From the NCBI GenBank assembly GCA_016776925.1, contig JADHSL010000007.1, positions 4,821 through 68,820 on the forward strand: DNA of 64,000 bases, given 5' to 3'. This DNA comes from Pirellulales bacterium. Lineage in GTDB: Bacteria > Planctomycetota > Planctomycetia > Pirellulales > UBA1268. The first letter of the stretch is position 1. Each line of letters begins with the position of its first letter. The notes below the pieces were generated by a model that made no database searches, was not told where the DNA came from, and saw nothing but the letters and a program-made list of their open reading frames with translations. Made by a program: the position numbers and the translations under genes. This document shows, piece after piece, positions 39,565 through 49,083 of the stretch.

Positions 39565-40643
39565 TCAAACTGAGAGCGGTCGCAAACATGCCACCGCAAA
39601 GTCAGCCGCTTCGTCTGTCCAGATTTTCTCCAGGCCAAGGCCGCTTTCACGTGCAAGAGTCTCGAACTCATCTGGCGTGTACTTATGAGACTCCTCCATA
39701 CGAATTGCCTCACCAGCTTCGAATGTCACTACATCACCTGCCATCTCAACAGTGTGACTTTCGTCCACCCATAACCGACTGACAATCGCACCTTCATTCT
39801 CAACCCAATCGGCACGGAAGGAAAACTTGTCACGGTCGAGTCCCACGCCCAACTCGCTAGCAAGTCGATCGATGACATTATAATTAAATTCTGCAGTAAC
39901 CCCTTCGGCGTCGTTATAAGCAGCTTCCATTCGACCCTGATCTTTTTTGCAGTCAAAACCAACAACGACTGCGCCAGCTACACCGGCTTGCTCATCGTCA
40001 GCCTGCTCCCGAATCATGCTACCAAATGTTTCCAGAAGTGATGCTGCATCAGATCGACTAAAATTACCGACTGTTGAACCAGGAAAATATACTGCTCGAG
40101 AACGCACTGCTGATTCACATGTGGGGATTGGGTGTCCTTTTGTAAAGTCTGCCCAGACGGGTAACACTTCAATGTCATGCCTGTCCGCAATTGCAGTTGC
40201 TGACTCGAGGAGAAAATCGCGGCTGATATCCACTGGCACATAGGCAGCCGGGTCTGGCATAGCAGCTAGCAGAAGATCCGTTTTCAGACTTGCGCCGCTA
40301 CCGGGTTCAATGAGCATGCATCCATCACCAAAGGCTTTCCCAATGGCACCAGAAATCTTTCGCATCAGGGCGAGTTCAGTCCGTGTGATTTGTACTCATC
40401 CACTTCGCAGATTTGTTCGAATAGCATGCTTCCGCGTTGATCGTAATGCAACTTCGCAGGAAGTGACTTCTCTTTTGCGGTGAGGCCCTCATGTACTTCC
40501 TCAAGCAAAGGTCGCTGCTGAGGGGCAAATTCGAGAAGCTGAAGTCCGTCTTGTATCGCTACTTGTTCATTTTCCAACTGACACTCAAAAATATTCTCGA
40601 CGGACACGTATACCCCATTTCTTAGGCTCTGCCTGAGCAGCAA
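39565..40643 (-). pseudogene. egtD: EgtD-family (Methyltransf_33) amino-acid betaine N-methyltransferase, split by a 1-nt frameshift
   Basis: Track ORFs 40365..40643 (…LPAKLHYDQRGSMLFEQICEVDEYK) and 39565..40365 (…LIEPGSGASLKT…YFPGSTVGNF…AAYNDAEGVTAEFN…) together span a full EgtD-like protein. In the second frame the homology continues upstream of its ATG (ITRTELAL, compare EgtD EYYPTRTE). Confidence 0.8.
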
Positions 40644-40842
40644 AAACTGCTACTCAGGTCGTAAAAAACATACAGTTGCGTCTCCAATTGGATCAGCTTC
40701 CTCACCGAACCCTACAGCCCAGTTCGCAAATGATCAACAATTTTGCAAATATTACCGTCTATTTCAGGGTAAAACTGGCTTATTCAACACAACACCTAGA
40801 ATCCCCGCTTTGAAAAGCCCTATTTTCACGAGGTTTAGTCAG

Positions 40843-43800
40843 ATGGATATCTCGCGATCGCGAAGGCACTACCAAATCTACCGACAATCTCTTCTGTACC
40901 GGTTCTGTGGCACGTTGCATGGAGTGGTGCTCATCTGCCTGCTGTTCATGGCAGCAGGTACTCAAGCAGCCCAACCAACTCCCGGTGACGTGGACCCGGC
41001 ACCTCCCACAGCCCAAAAACAACAGACACCATCTCCCGAAAACCAGGCCCTAAACACATTCAACAAAGACCCGTCTTCCACGAGCAGTGATGCCACCAAG
41101 ATGCGTGAAGCCATTGATGCTGTCCGTACTGACAACTCACTACCCGAAGAGCTACGCACTCGTTGCCAAGAAGTCCTCACCACCACACTGAAAGACATCG
41201 AGTGCCGGGACGAAGACAAACAGCTAATCACTCAGCTTGTCAAAGCCGCCGAGTCTTCAGAGCAACGAAAGAAGGACGTTGAAAAACTCGATGAAAAACC
41301 TATCGACATATCACTTGGGGGAGTTACCCCAAAAAGTGATGCAGCAAAAATAGAAGAGCTTTTAAGGACTCTGGATAAAGATCTCCTTACAACTACAACT
41401 CAAGCAAACAAAATACAGCAGCAACTCAACGCACGTCGCACCGAAACCAAATCACTCCCTGTCCAGATAGCTCAGGCCGAAGAGGAATTGAGTTCCTTAG
41501 TGCCCCCGGAGGAAACTGCTGAGTCTAATCCGGTACTGACCGCAGCACTGAAGCAGGCCACGGTCGCAAAACGAGAAAAGCTTGAGACTTCACTCGAACT
41601 CTTTCGCCAGAAAATAGTGACCTACGATGCTGAGGCAAGTGTCCTTCCCCTTGAAAAGGCAGCTCTCGACAAACGGGGCGTCTTGCTTTCAAAAACCATA
41701 ACGGATGTCACCGCATGGGTTACACGGCGGCATACAGATGAAATCAAAACTCAAATTACAAACTATCGTTCGACCATAAACGAAACTAACTTTAACGACC
41801 AAAACGAGTACGAACATTTCATCGAGTTACTTGATTTGTGGCCAGTCACCGTCGCCAGTGCAGAGTCATGGAGCACCCAGCTGCTCTCACTCAAAGAGAA
41901 AACGAATAGTCTGCGAGATGACCTCCAAGAGACCACATCGCTTGTGGAATCAGACAGAGCGACCGGATCCGGACTCAGTCGCACCGCTGGTTATCTGCTG
42001 CGCAGAAAACATGTCATGCTGAATCGGGAACGGGCGATGCTGAACCAATCGTATTCCCAGGGCAATGCGGTTGACAACGCACAAGATATTCTCGGTGACA
42101 TAGACACCGAACTTGACAAGGTAGAACAACTACTCAATTCCGCTAATGATCCAGAACAAACAAAGGCACTCGCAGCACGGAAAAAAATCCTTCGTGCGAT
42201 GAGTCTTGATATCGATCGTTGCCTCGTTGATATTCTGATTCCATCTGGCGTCACCCTCGATCAATTATCTCACATAATCGATGAATACCAGCATCTTATT
42301 GACACCAATCTGCTCTGGGTTCGCAGTGATAAACCGGTTCGACTCTCTGATGTAACCCGGCTCCTGACGGTTGCACGGCAATTTGAAGCGCAGCCGATCG
42401 CCATGGTTGCCACCTCATTCTGGACCAACGTCAAGGCCAGACCGTATCTTGCAACTGCCTTCGTGCTGCTTACCCTGGCGCTCGCGTTGTCATACAGGCT
42501 TTTTATTCGCAGGATCACGGCATTGAGCGGGTCACTCAGTGGCTCAAATGCCATGCGTCTATGGCCAACGATTCAGGGTGTCTGCTACACCATTTGTGCC
42601 GCACTCCCCGTGTGGCTTGCACTGACTGCCATATCTTGGTTTCTTGGCCACTATGCCGAACCAGAGTCAACAGAGTCATCCTTTGCCAATGCAGTCGGTG
42701 TGACAGCACTGGTGTTTCTTCCGCTTGAAATACTGCGGCAACTGATACGACCCCATGGCATAGCAACTGCTCACTTTGGCTGGCCCCAACTGGTCATTAA
42801 GCCACTTGGACAGGCCGTCCGCCGCTTCGGCTGGATTGGGCTGACTCTTGTTTTCCTCGCCACGTTTCTTCTCTTGGAGCGGTATGTTCACCGTGAGATT
42901 TCTGCGCTAGCGCGGATTGTGTTTGCGACATTAATGATCTTCATTGCAAGCACGCTTTGGAAGCTATTGGGGCTCAAGTCTGGCGTTGTTGCAGGCCTTG
43001 AAGCAACTCAGCCGGACAGCCTGCTGGCTAAGCTCACATGGATCTGGCGGCCACTACTTATCGCCACTCCTATTTTTCTCGCCGGACTTAGCCTTTCGGG
43101 CTACGCGTATGCGGCTGGCCAATTAACCATTTCGCTGTATCAGACGATTTGGCTCGCCGTTGCTGCGTCAGTCCTCCAGGGCATCGCTGAACGATGGCTT
43201 CTTGTCTCAAAAAGGCGAATCGCGCTACGACAATTGAAAGAACAGGTTGCGATAAAAGAACAAGCCGAGGCATCAGGTGCGAAGGCTGAAAATCTTGATG
43301 TGAATCAGATGAAGCTGTCGGCCATAGATCAACAGACTCATCGATTAATCAATGCATCCGTAATCATCGTGCTCTTCTTCGGCCTTATCTGGATCTGGGG
43401 CCCGGTACTTCCAGCTTTGTCATTCCTTGATTCCATTGTTCTTTGGCAGGAAACAGCGCCAGACGGAACTATTGTCAGCACCGTCGCATTAAGCAATGTT
43501 CTTATTGCATTACCAACATTGTTAATAACCTTTGTTCTTGTCCGAAACACTCCCGGGCTCCTGGAAGCGCTCATACTTCAGCGGCTTCCCCTCGATAATG
43601 CCGCACGGTATGCGATGAACACACTGATCAGCTACATTTTTGCTTTCTGTGGGGTGATCGTTGTTGCAGGAACATTGGGTCTCCGCTGGAGTAGTGTTCA
43701 ATGGCTTGCTGCTGGGCTCAGTGTTGGACTCGGCTTTGGCCTCCAAGAGGTAGTTGCCAATTTTGTCTGTGGATTAATCGTCCTCTTCGAACAACCAATT

Positions 43801-44280
43801 CGTGTCGGAGACGTTGTCACAATTGATACTGTTACGGGTATTGTTTCTCGGATTCGCATGAGGGCCACAACAGTCACAACATATGACAGGCAAGAATTTG
43901 TAATTCCTAATAAAGACTTGATCACTGGTCGTGTAATCAATTGGACACTGTCAGACTCCGTCAACCGTTCTTTGGTTCGGGTTGGTGTTGCCTACGGCAC
44001 GGACACTCGACGGGTAGGCGCTCTCTTAAAAGAAATTTGTCACCAAACACCTCATATCTTGAAGGAACCCGCTCCAATTATTACGTTCGATGAGTTTGGT
44101 GACTCTACCTTGAACTTTGCCGTGCGGTTCTATCTCGCAAGCTTAGATAATCGTTTTGCAACAGTTAACGAACTCCACAATGCTATTGCCGAACGCTTTG
44201 CAGAGGAGAATATCGAAATTGCTTTCCCACAGATGGATGTCCATATGAAATCGGACACGTCGGAGATCCCCCCAAACTAA
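40843..44280 (+). CDS. MscK/KefA-like large mechanosensitive channel
   Basis: Signal peptide plus a long coiled-coil periplasmic domain, about 11 TM helices, and an MscS core GLGFGLQEVVANFVCGLIVLFEQPIRVGDVVTI...IPNKDLITGRVINWT. Confidence 0.85.
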   Translation: MDISRSRRHYQIYRQSLLYRFCGTLHGVVLICLLFMAAGTQAAQPTPGDVDPAPPTAQKQQTPSPENQALNTFNKDPSSTSSDATKMREAIDAVRTDNSLPEELRTRCQEVLTTTLKDIECRDEDKQLITQLVKAAESSEQRKKDVEKLDEKPIDISLGGVTPKSDAAKIEELLRTLDKDLLTTTTQANKIQQQLNARRTETKSLPVQIAQAEEELSSLVPPEETAESNPVLTAALKQATVAKREKLETSLELFRQKIVTYDAEASVLPLEKAALDKRGVLLSKTITDVTAWVTRRHTDEIKTQITNYRSTINETNFNDQNEYEHFIELLDLWPVTVASAESWSTQLLSLKEKTNSLRDDLQETTSLVESDRATGSGLSRTAGYLLRRKHVMLNRERAMLNQSYSQGNAVDNAQDILGDIDTELDKVEQLLNSANDPEQTKALAARKKILRAMSLDIDRCLVDILIPSGVTLDQLSHIIDEYQHLIDTNLLWVRSDKPVRLSDVTRLLTVARQFEAQPIAMVATSFWTNVKARPYLATAFVLLTLALALSYRLFIRRITALSGSLSGSNAMRLWPTIQGVCYTICAALPVWLALTAISWFLGHYAEPESTESSFANAVGVTALVFLPLEILRQLIRPHGIATAHFGWPQLVIKPLGQAVRRFGWIGLTLVFLATFLLLERYVHREISALARIVFATLMIFIASTLWKLLGLKSGVVAGLEATQPDSLLAKLTWIWRPLLIATPIFLAGLSLSGYAYAAGQLTISLYQTIWLAVAASVLQGIAERWLLVSKRRIALRQLKEQVAIKEQAEASGAKAENLDVNQMKLSAIDQQTHRLINASVIIVLFFGLIWIWGPVLPALSFLDSIVLWQETAPDGTIVSTVALSNVLIALPTLLITFVLVRNTPGLLEALILQRLPLDNAARYAMNTLISYIFAFCGVIVVAGTLGLRWSSVQWLAAGLSVGLGFGLQEVVANFVCGLIVLFEQPIRVGDVVTIDTVTGIVSRIRMRATTVTTYDRQEFVIPNKDLITGRVINWTLSDSVNRSLVRVGVAYGTDTRRVGALLKEICHQTPHILKEPAPIITFDEFGDSTLNFAVRFYLASLDNRFATVNELHNAIAERFAEENIEIAFPQMDVHMKSDTSEIPPN

Positions 44281-44617
44281 GAACTCTTGAGACACAGGGA
44301 TCTAGAGCGTAGTACCTCGCATGCGGCTCAACGTAATTTCAAACCATGGTTGCTATGTGTTCGCATCAATGACCCGTCGGTCGAAGGAAAAGGCTCTTCA
44401 CGAATAGGTCAAAAAGGCTGTTCAGACAAAAAAACATGGTTTTATGCAGGGTTTCGCATGAGAGCCCTGCCCTCAATGCTTTTCAACCTCTACACGTCTT
44501 CATCACTACCGATGACGGATACCCTTCCTGCATGGTACGCTCTGCCCTCATGTACCCGTCAGGTAGGCGGACTTGGCGGGATCCTTCTGGAAACTTGACA
44601 ACTAATTGGAATAACAC

Positions 44618-45949
44618 ATGTACATATCAATGAGTAGAACCTCCCCCTGGCGGACGGGGGTGGTTGCGGGCATTTTTTGCCTTCTGCAAGCGACTCCGCT
44701 TGTTGCCTCTGACAATACTGTTCCAACGGTAAACGGAGCTGACACTGCGTGGATGATTGTGGCCACGGCCCTTGTCCTTTTTATGACTCTTCCCGGACTC
44801 GCGCTGTTCTATGGCGGACTCGTTCGATCCAAAAATGTTCTTTCGGTACTCGTGCAATGCTTTGCATTAGCTGGCGTGATGACACTTCTCTGGGTTGCCT
44901 ACGGATACAGTCTTGCCTTTTCAAATGGTGGGAACCTCCAAAAGTTTATTGGTGGCTTTGACCAGATTTTTCTCAAGGGAATTACTGTTGATAGTGTGAG
45001 CGGTTCTATACCAGAATCTCTTTTTGCTGCATTTCAGATGACCTTTGCGATCATTACACCAGCTCTTATCGTTGGTGCGTTTGCCGAACGAATGAAGTTC
45101 TCCGGAATGATGCTTTTCAGCATTCTTTGGTTTACATTCTCCTACCTGCCAATCTGCCATATGGCATGGGCAGGCGATGGTGCCTTATTCGCAGATTGGG
45201 GTGTCTTGGACTTTGCAGGTGGCACGGTTGTTCACGTCAACGCCGGGATCGCCGGCCTGGTTACGTGTCTTCTCCTTGGGCCACGTAAAGGCTTTCCAAA
45301 GGAGCCAATGCGTCCGCATAATCTTCCATTTACCGTAATGGGTGCCGGTATGCTGTGGGTTGGCTGGTTCGGATTTAACGCCGGCAGTGAACTCGCTGCT
45401 GATGGAACTGCCGCAATGGCACTCCTGGTGACTCATATCGCCGCAGCCACTGCCGCAACCGTCTGGATGCTCATTGAACTATGGGCGCATGGTAAAGCCT
45501 CGGCCCTTGGTATAGCGACTGGAGCAGTTGCTGGTTTGGTAGCTATTACACCAGCCAGCGGCACGGCTGGACCACTTGGTGCAGTAGCACTTGGGGCGAT
45601 TTCATCCTTGTTGTGTTACTACTTTGCCACGACCGTCAAACATAAATTCGGGTATGACGACAGCCTTGACGTCTTTGGTGTTCATGGCATCGGCGGCATT
45701 GTCGGAGCTATTCTCACAGGAGTTTTTGCAGCCAAACAGTTTGGTGGCGTTGGCCTCGACATGACAATGCAGACACAGGTCTGGTACCAGACCCTTAGTG
45801 TGCTGGTCACAATCGTCTGGAGTGGTGTTGTTTCCATTGCTGCCTTTATCATTGTCAACAAACTGGTTGGCATGCGGGTATCTCTGGACACAGAGCAGAT
45901 GGGTCTTGACCTGACCGAACATCAGGAACAGGCATACGACCTCGTCTAA
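44618..45949 (+). CDS. amt: ammonium transporter
   Basis: ADTAWMIVATALVLFMTLPGLALFYGG, DFAGGTVVHVNAG and VHGIGGIVGAILTG. Alternative ATG at 44630. Confidence 0.9.
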   Translation: MYISMSRTSPWRTGVVAGIFCLLQATPLVASDNTVPTVNGADTAWMIVATALVLFMTLPGLALFYGGLVRSKNVLSVLVQCFALAGVMTLLWVAYGYSLAFSNGGNLQKFIGGFDQIFLKGITVDSVSGSIPESLFAAFQMTFAIITPALIVGAFAERMKFSGMMLFSILWFTFSYLPICHMAWAGDGALFADWGVLDFAGGTVVHVNAGIAGLVTCLLLGPRKGFPKEPMRPHNLPFTVMGAGMLWVGWFGFNAGSELAADGTAAMALLVTHIAAATAATVWMLIELWAHGKASALGIATGAVAGLVAITPASGTAGPLGAVALGAISSLLCYYFATTVKHKFGYDDSLDVFGVHGIGGIVGAILTGVFAAKQFGGVGLDMTMQTQVWYQTLSVLVTIVWSGVVSIAAFIIVNKLVGMRVSLDTEQMGLDLTEHQEQAYDLV

Positions 45950-45971
45950 AGTATTTCCTTTTCTAAAGCAA

Positions 45972-46009
45972 AGCAGCCCGCCGATTCCCTATGGGATCGA
46001 CGGGCTGCT
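45972..46009. terminator. imperfect hairpin between convergent genes (possible terminator)
   Basis: AGCAGCCCGCCGATTCCC-TAT-GGGATCGACGGGCTGCT, with one mismatch and one bulge. The T-tract is weak. Confidence 0.4.
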
Positions 46010-46055
46010 AATTTACCGTGATCGGTTTCGGCTCTTTGTTGTAAGGATGAATTAA

Positions 46056-46823
46056 TTATTCGGCCTTGAGACGAATATCTTTGAATTCGGTCCACATGGA
46101 CTTTCCTGCGTGGAGCTGCAACCCGATGACACCTTTTTCACGAACAGTTGCCTGATCATTATTGACGAAGTCGATCACCTGTCGCCCATTTAAGTAGTGG
46201 CGTATGTGATTGCCTTCAGCAACGATGACGACATCATTCCAGCCATCGAGGTTAAACAGCTTTTGAAATTGGGGTTCGTCAACAAGCATTCCGGCAACTT
46301 CTTTCTCACCTTTTGCGTTGCGAATGCACTTCTCACCGATGTAACAGAGCCGTTTGCCTTTTCCCTTTTCGTCATAGATGAATGACGAGACACTAGGGAA
46401 ATCAATTTCGTTTCGCACTTCATGCTGATATCCAGCAAGAACCCAATCATTTTTTCGTTCAGTCAACCATTCGGACCGATACTGGATACCTGAATTATTT
46501 GTTGCATTACACCGAAAGGATAGCCGAAGCTCAAAGTCCCCGAACTCTTCTGGCATATCACCCGAACCGTTATAAATAAGGAATGTATTGCCACTTGTCG
46601 GATTTTTTTCTGTTGTTTCGCCATGAACAACTCCATCTCGTACGCTCCAAAGCCGTGAGTCACCGACCCAGCCGGTCAGATCTTTTCCATTGAAGAGTGG
46701 CTTCATGCCAGATGGTTCAGGTGTTACAGCTACCACTTCAACCGTCATCTCATCCGCTCGAACCTCATGGATTCCACAGAGAAACAAGACAACGAGAAAC
46801 ATACTGCCATATATTCGCACCAT
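46056..46823 (-). CDS. DUF1080 / 3-keto-disaccharide hydrolase family secreted protein
   Basis: LFNGKDLTGWVGDSRLWSVRDGVVHGE, FGDFELRLSFR, NSGIQYRS and GLQLHAG...EFKDIRLK. Confidence 0.85.
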   Translation of the reverse strand: MVRIYGSMFLVVLFLCGIHEVRADEMTVEVVAVTPEPSGMKPLFNGKDLTGWVGDSRLWSVRDGVVHGETTEKNPTSGNTFLIYNGSGDMPEEFGDFELRLSFRCNATNNSGIQYRSEWLTERKNDWVLAGYQHEVRNEIDFPSVSSFIYDEKGKGKRLCYIGEKCIRNAKGEKEVAGMLVDEPQFQKLFNLDGWNDVVIVAEGNHIRHYLNGRQVIDFVNNDQATVREKGVIGLQLHAGKSMWTEFKDIRLKAE

Positions 46824-46953
46824 TAAAACCTCCTCAGAACTGTCGTCTATTTTTAATTTCCCGAGGTATGCTACATCTCAAAGGAACGTGCAGCACCCAG
46901 CAGCAGCGGAGTATACATACGCCTCTCATGTTTGTTACGAGAAAAGCCCTATT

Positions 46954-47553
46954 GTGAAAAATACATCCTTGGATCTCACCCAATACAATGCCGTATCCTT
47001 CTGGGACTTCTGTAGTTCGCAATTCGATGAGGCTATGGCGTCCGCGAAACATCCATTCCATGTGGCAACTGTCAGTACCGTTACAGCCAATGGAACACCG
47101 CGGTCACGTTCTGTCGTGCTTCGCCATTTTTGCGCCAAAGCCCATGAAATTACCTTCCATACAGATCTGCGCTCCCCAAAACTGAAAGATCTTCGGAATT
47201 GCCGCACGCTCTGCCTGCATTGGTACGATCCGTCGTCACGTGTTCAAATACGACTGATTGCATCGGCCACGGTCCACCATCAAGATAGTCGGGCTGAGCA
47301 AGCGTGGAACGCTTCCCGAACAACAAGCCGCGCTTGTTATGGAACATCAAGCCCACCTGGAACAACCATGAACCACTTCCCGCCTGCTCCTGCCATCCCC
47401 GACTCAGACGATCACAGTGGGTATGCTCACTTCGTCGTTGTAGCCTGCCATTTTGAAGAGCTTGAGGTTCTTGCACTACACGCATCCGGCCATCAGCGTG
47501 TTCTTCTCTCTCTCAAGCACGACCCGGTATCCTGGTCGATTATTGCGCCCTAA
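46954..47553 (+). CDS. pyridoxamine 5'-phosphate oxidase-like FMN-binding protein
   Basis: HPFHVATVSTVTANGTPRSRSVVLR and a C-terminal ...LEVLALHASGHQRVLLSL...W..IAP pattern. The start is uncertain (GTG at 46954 or ATG at 47035). The track ORF from 46690 overlaps the DUF1080 gene. Confidence 0.65.
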   Translation: MKNTSLDLTQYNAVSFWDFCSSQFDEAMASAKHPFHVATVSTVTANGTPRSRSVVLRHFCAKAHEITFHTDLRSPKLKDLRNCRTLCLHWYDPSSRVQIRLIASATVHHQDSRAEQAWNASRTTSRACYGTSSPPGTTMNHFPPAPAIPDSDDHSGYAHFVVVACHFEELEVLALHASGHQRVLLSLKHDPVSWSIIAP

Positions 47554-47573
47554 AGAAACGACCGCTTATTCCC

Positions 47574-49055
47574 ATGACCAAACTCGCTCTGCATTGGCAA
47601 ATCGCAATCGGCATGGCAATTGGTGCCAGCCTTGGCATCAGCCTGAACATCTTCGGAGGTACACGCACAACTGTTGTGCAGGCTGAACAACTCCCCTCAA
47701 CACTCACCGCTCTTACGATTCAAGATTCACCAAACCATATTACGATCGACTGGACAACAGTTTCTGGAGAAGAGCGTTCCGCGGTTGTTGATGGAACACG
47801 GAAGACTCCGGGCGCAGCAGCCACGGTCGACGAACTTCAGCACACCCAACCAGACGCTGCTTCCTGGTTTCATCGATTCGGTCGCAGTACCTCCCGAACA
47901 GTTGGCGAGGCCGCCCAACACGTAGGTAATCTGTTTCTCAGACTTCTCCAGATGGTTGCCGTTCCCCTCATCATCACCTCACTTATTTGTGGGATAACAG
48001 GCCTTGGTGATGCTGCAAGCCTCGGGGGCATGTTCCTGCGTACTATTCTGTATTACGTCTGCACAAGTGCGGCCGCGATCACTATTGGCCTAGTAGCGGT
48101 AAATATTTTTCAACCCGGGATTACAGACAATGCTGCATCACCTGTTGGGGGACCAGAACCGGGCGGCCAATCGCTTGGCACACTGCTCTTCGAGCAGGTT
48201 GAACGAATGATTCCCACAAATCCAGTCGCAGCCATTGCGGATTCGCATTTTCTCTCAATCATCTCGTTCACACTCGCGTTCTCAATTTTTGCCGTCATTG
48301 TGGGTGGCAAAACGCTCAGTGCCGTCCGTGCAGCCGCGGAAGCTGGATTTGAAGTCATGATGGCAATGACGATGGCCATCATTGCCTTAGCGCCCCTCGG
48401 CGTCTTATGCCTCATGCTTTTCGTTACCGCGACACAAGGGCCTGCTGTATTTGCATCGCTCTTCTGGTATTTACTGACTGTCATTGCGGCATTAATGACA
48501 CATGCACTGATCGTACTGCCGCTCATTCTGAAATTTGTTGCTCGCCGTGATCCAATCGCATACGCAAAAGCGCTCTCTCCAGCTCTTCTGACAGCATTTA
48601 GTTCCGCATCATCAAATGGAACCCTGCCACTCACCATGGCCTGTGTCGAGAACAGAGCGGGGGTAGATAATCGTGTTTCCTCATTTGTTCTCCCGCTTGG
48701 TGCAACAATCAATATGGACGGCACCGCGCTTTACGAAGCCGTTGCAGTTCTCTTCATTGGCCAGCTCTACCACGGGGCAGTCTTGCCTCTCGAACAACAA
48801 TTGATCGTTGCAATAACTGCATTACTGGCAAGCATTGGCGCCGCCGGCATCCCTCATGCTGGGCTTGTCATGATGATTGTGATATTGCAGGCAGTAGGTC
48901 TACCTATCGAAATGCAGGGCATCATTCTTGCAGTTGATCGTGTGCTGGACATGTTCCGCACGAGTGTCAATGTCTGGAGTGATTCCTGTGGCTGTGCCGT
49001 TGTGGAAGCACTTGAACAACGCTCCAAGGCCATGAAGCCAGCTACAACTACTTGA
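47574..49055 (+). CDS. dicarboxylate/amino acid:cation symporter (DAACS/GltP family)
   Basis: LLQMVAVPLIITSLICGI, SSASSNGTLPLT and GATINMDGTALYE are signature motifs of the family. Confidence 0.85.
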   Translation: MTKLALHWQIAIGMAIGASLGISLNIFGGTRTTVVQAEQLPSTLTALTIQDSPNHITIDWTTVSGEERSAVVDGTRKTPGAAATVDELQHTQPDAASWFHRFGRSTSRTVGEAAQHVGNLFLRLLQMVAVPLIITSLICGITGLGDAASLGGMFLRTILYYVCTSAAAITIGLVAVNIFQPGITDNAASPVGGPEPGGQSLGTLLFEQVERMIPTNPVAAIADSHFLSIISFTLAFSIFAVIVGGKTLSAVRAAAEAGFEVMMAMTMAIIALAPLGVLCLMLFVTATQGPAVFASLFWYLLTVIAALMTHALIVLPLILKFVARRDPIAYAKALSPALLTAFSSASSNGTLPLTMACVENRAGVDNRVSSFVLPLGATINMDGTALYEAVAVLFIGQLYHGAVLPLEQQLIVAITALLASIGAAGIPHAGLVMMIVILQAVGLPIEMQGIILAVDRVLDMFRTSVNVWSDSCGCAVVEALEQRSKAMKPATTT

Positions 49056-49083
49056 ACAAAAGACACAACCAAGACAATAAAGG

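Noticed and set aside
40363-40367. The TGATG stop/start overlap could mean the two EgtD-like ORFs are genuine separate, translationally coupled genes.
   Set aside because: Homology to the EgtD motif EYYPTRTE continues in the second frame upstream of its ATG (ITRTELAL), as expected for a frameshifted single gene.
44588-44612. Possible sigma-54 promoter (TGGAAACTTGAC) upstream of amt.
   Set aside because: The spacing between the GG and the TTG element is far shorter than the TGGCAC-N5-TTGC consensus.
46690-46953. N-terminal 88-116 codons of track ORF 46690..47553.
   Set aside because: They overlap the well-supported DUF1080 gene on the opposite strand and are low-complexity. The PNPOx homology begins only around 46990-47040.
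48110-48724. Long antisense or alternative-frame track ORFs inside strongly supported genes. Examples: 48110..48724-, 48900..49427-, 59049..59756-, 20244..20789-, 884..1315+, 17769..18386+, 19299..19943+, 24476..24940-, 24511..25017+.
   Set aside because: Each is fully embedded in a gene with clear family motifs on the other strand or frame. Their compositions (Ser/Arg/Ala-rich) are typical of shadow ORFs.
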